Shown here piece after piece: positions 60,901 to 64,000 of a stretch of 64,000 bases of DNA. Every line of letters begins with the position of its first letter. Positions within the stretch are counted from its first letter, which is position 1. The stretch lies in the NCBI GenBank assembly GCA_043228905.1, contig JBHGNT010000012.1, positions 12,090,001-12,154,000 on the forward strand. Reading direction: 5' to 3'. The notes under the pieces were generated by a model. The model ran no database searches, was not told the origin of the DNA, and saw nothing but the letters and a program-made list of their open reading frames with translations. The position numbers and the translations under genes were made by a program. Source of the DNA: Azolla caroliniana. Its lineage: Eukaryota; Plantae; Polypodiophyta.

Positions 60901-63900
60901 AGCAGTTTCTTTAATCTTCGCATCGCCTCTGTGTGCTCGTCTCGCCATTCGAACTTTATTCTTTTCTTTAGTAGTCCATATAACGGTTCGGCGACATGAG
61001 CGTAGTGAGGAATCCATATATGATAAAACGCGCACGCTCCAAGGAACCTTCGAACCTCCGTTTGGTTTTCGCATTCTTCTTTCATGTCTTGGATTGCGTT
61101 CACTTTGGATGGCGAGGGGTTCCGGCCATATGCTCCACACAAGTGACCTACCACCAAGATCTCCGGTTGCCCGAATGCGGATTTTTCTCCCGAAATGTCA
61201 AATTCGCATCTTCGAGCCTTTGAAGCACCTTCTCGCAATCTTTCATATGATCCGCAACGAACTTTCTACAACCTTCCTTATCTTTCGATTCATCTTTCTC
61301 CTCATTCGAACATCCTTTTATCGGAATATCATCCAAGAATGGCATCGTGATGTCCGGAATGCAATCCTTCAAGACTTTATTCATGGCATTCACCATATGA
61401 GCCACCGAGTTCGTTGCGCCTTGGGGTAAGGTACACATCCGCACAAGCCCGATCGGAGTCCTCATGGTTGTAATGTCCCGACTGTCGATCGCCAATTGGA
61501 ATTGGTCATATCCGGAGTAGAGATCGCCAATGGAGTAGATGGACCGGCCCGCAAACGCTTCGGCAAATTCGTCCACGCTCGGACCGATTCCAGCATTTCG
61601 AATTGTCACCTTGTTGACGGGTTGAAGATCTTGGATGAATCGCAATGATCCATTCTTCTTCGGCACCGTGAACCACCTATTGGAATAAGGAGCATTCGAC
61701 GGTTCTAGAATTCCCATACTCACCTTCTCCTTTAAGAGTTCGATAAGCTTCGGAAGGTGTGCTCTTAGAACCGGTATCGGTTTCAAATTCCAAGGCACAT
61801 GAGGCACCGTGAAGATCACCATTGGCTCTATAACCTTTGGGTCGGCGCATCCGATTTCTCGTGGGAAGAATGCGAAAGCCTTCCCATGTCTCTCAAGCAT
61901 ATCGCGAAACATTCGCTCCTCTTCAGGGAGAAGGAAATCGTCCTTTCCAACTCGTAGCTTCCCCTTCGTCTCTTTGGTGAAGTCATGACGTATCTTCTTC
62001 GGATCTCTTAAGCTTGGATCGTTAGCGACTTCCTTCATCTTTTGCCAGCTATCTTCCGGTAGCGGAACCGCAACTGGCTTGATCTTCTTATCCACCGTTT
62101 TATATTTCGTGTTGATGTCAGCTTCCTTCATCAAGATGCCACGACGGTATTCATCGATGATAGCGTACATGTTGACGGAGTTAACCGAAATCACGCATTG
62201 GTTGTGAAGATAGCTCAAGTCCACGACGTCCTCGATTTCGCCGATGGTGTTGTTAAATGAGGCTTCTTCCATAATATGAGTCACGAACTCCCCTTCTTCT
62301 ATTATGTTCTCTTCTTTCAACATCTTCTCGAATTCTTGTATCCGGTGCTTGTGCTTCTTGTCGGGTAGTACTAGTTTACATGCGCCACTAGGTGTGACAC
62401 ATGTTGCTTCTCTTTGCAATCCACGCACTCTTCTTTCTTGTGGGGTCTTGTGATTGCTCGGACTATTTGTGCCCCATGCTTCAATAGTCCGCTCTAAAAA
62501 TCCGAGGATTCGCCTCCGAGACTATCTCGATTCCTTTCATGATTGGCTCGCACTGTTAGGAATTGGACCGATCTTTGGTTGTCAAGACTCTTTATTCGTG
62601 CGAAGGCTGCTCCATTATCGAACACTTTGGTCTCCATCCGAGATGATGTGATATAAGGTTGCCCTAGGATGACAGGATGCGACGCCGATTCTAGTACGAA
62701 GAAGTGTTGATCCATCTCCACATCCCCGATCGTGACTTTGACATTGGGACAAGCTCCGTACAAGTCCCCCGTAGACTTTGTTGCCGCGCGAATCTTCCAT
62801 CCGTGGTTTGTATTGATTGGCCATCTTCCCTTTTTGTAGAAGTCGGTTGACATGAGGTTGATCTCCGAGCCGTGGTCGATCAAGGCTACGACGGTCTCTT
62901 TCTTCTCCCCGATCTTCACCGGCGTCTCCGTTGTCGCTCGTGCCCAATGAGGTCGAGTGTAGTGGCTGTCCACCATATCTTCATCAATTTCATCTCTTGC
63001 CATCGTTATGGCATTCGTTTTTGCTTTCTACGGCTTCTCTTCTTCCTCGTCCGATTGTTGTCTCTTTCTCTTTACAAGGTCCACGATCGTGTCATGGAAC
63101 TCCTTCTTCGTAATGCCAAGCAATTCCCTCAAGGACAAAATTACGTGGCTATCAAGAACTCGTTCTTCGAGAATCTTCTTTAGGTCTGTCGTCTGCTCTA
63201 TGTCCGACCTTAGCTTATAGGTAGGTATGGTCCTTGTCCTCCGAGCGGGGTCTTCGACACCAACCTTCACGGGCCGAACCGTTTCTTCAACTCGTATGCT
63301 CGGCTCCCCTTTTCGGCTTGATTCTCGTTCCTCCGTTTGTAAAGGTCGACTCGTCTCCGCATCGTCCTTCTTTTTCGCGTTCCTTGTTTCATGTCTTTTT
63401 TATGTCCCTTGCTCTTCTATTCTCTTTCTCTTTTCTTCGACGACCACCTCGTGGTTGTCGCACATCACCTCTGCGAGTATGGTGTTGTCGTCCACCGGAT
63501 CCGACCACCCGGTTATGCTTTGCACGCTTCGGTCCGCAAGCTCTACCTCGTTCGATGTGATTTTTCCCTTCTTCTCATATTCGAGAACGGAGGTCCAAAA
63601 CTTTGCTCCCGCTCTAGCAGCTTCAGTCTTGTCTTTCCCGACTCTTATTCCGGCCGACGCAGCATAGTGCATCGCATCCACATGAGTCGCATCGGCATCC
63701 TCCATAGATCTCTTCATTCCTCCTCTTCCGAAATTCACCCGTAGGGGTCTTCTAGTCTCGCTTGAGCAGATCATGTTGTCCTCTATGTATACGATATTTT
63801 GTCGAATTGCCTCTCGAAGGCTCGCACAATCCCTTCTCATGTGGTCCATGCTATCGCACCACACGCATCTAAAGGGTTCTTTTCCTTTAGGGCTCCGACG

Positions 63901-64000
63901 ATTCATGTTGGCTAGCGTGACCTTCTCGAACTTCTTCGCTAGCTCTTCAATGATGTCGTCATCAATCTTCTTTTCTTCCACGTTACTTTGTCTCAGCGGC
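57992..64000 (-). mobile_element. Family A copy A7 (3' LTR 57992-58957, pol 59030-62503, gag-pro to the window end)
   Basis: CVWCDSMDHMRRDC, LIDHGSEIN, LPQGATNSV, PFLDDI, WFGPY; PPT GGTGGGGGTGGA; a few frameshifts. Confidence 0.95.
58388..58455 (+). promoter_or_regulatory. tRNA-like Pol III A/B-box module in the A7 LTR, antisense to the element
   Basis: TGGCTTAATGGTAAGCC (A box with D-stem) and GGTTCGAATCC (B box) at tRNA spacing. Confidence 0.75.

Overview
Gene-free nest of plant LTR retrotransposons, probably from a non-seed land plant such as a bryophyte (inferred from the lineages present; not provable from this window). I see at least five lineages, labelled here with working names. Family A: Gypsy with TGTCG...CGACA LTRs, QGATNSV/PFLDDI reverse transcriptase and 4-bp target duplications (7 pieces). 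Family B: non-chromovirus Gypsy with a large extra coiled-coil ORF, including one very young near-intact copy at 25652-35781 (LTRs 389/390 identical) and a non-autonomous tandem derivative. Family C: Tcn1/sushi-like chromovirus (4 copies). There is also a chromodomain-bearing chromovirus 3' end, Copia pieces and two decayed tRNA-Ala genes. Most striking: family B has no polypurine tract. In its place, all five 3' ends carry a sense-strand copy of a tRNA 3' half ending in CCA (CTA in the most decayed copy) just before the 3' LTR, i.e. a second, antisense PBS, suggesting tRNA-type priming of both strands. Other findings: antisense tRNA-like Pol III A/B boxes in the U3 of two unrelated families, CpG-centred target sites for family A, covarying self-priming signals and heat-shock elements in family C LTRs, and -1 frameshift pseudoknots in families A and C. 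tRNA identities and lineage names come from memory and need database confirmation.
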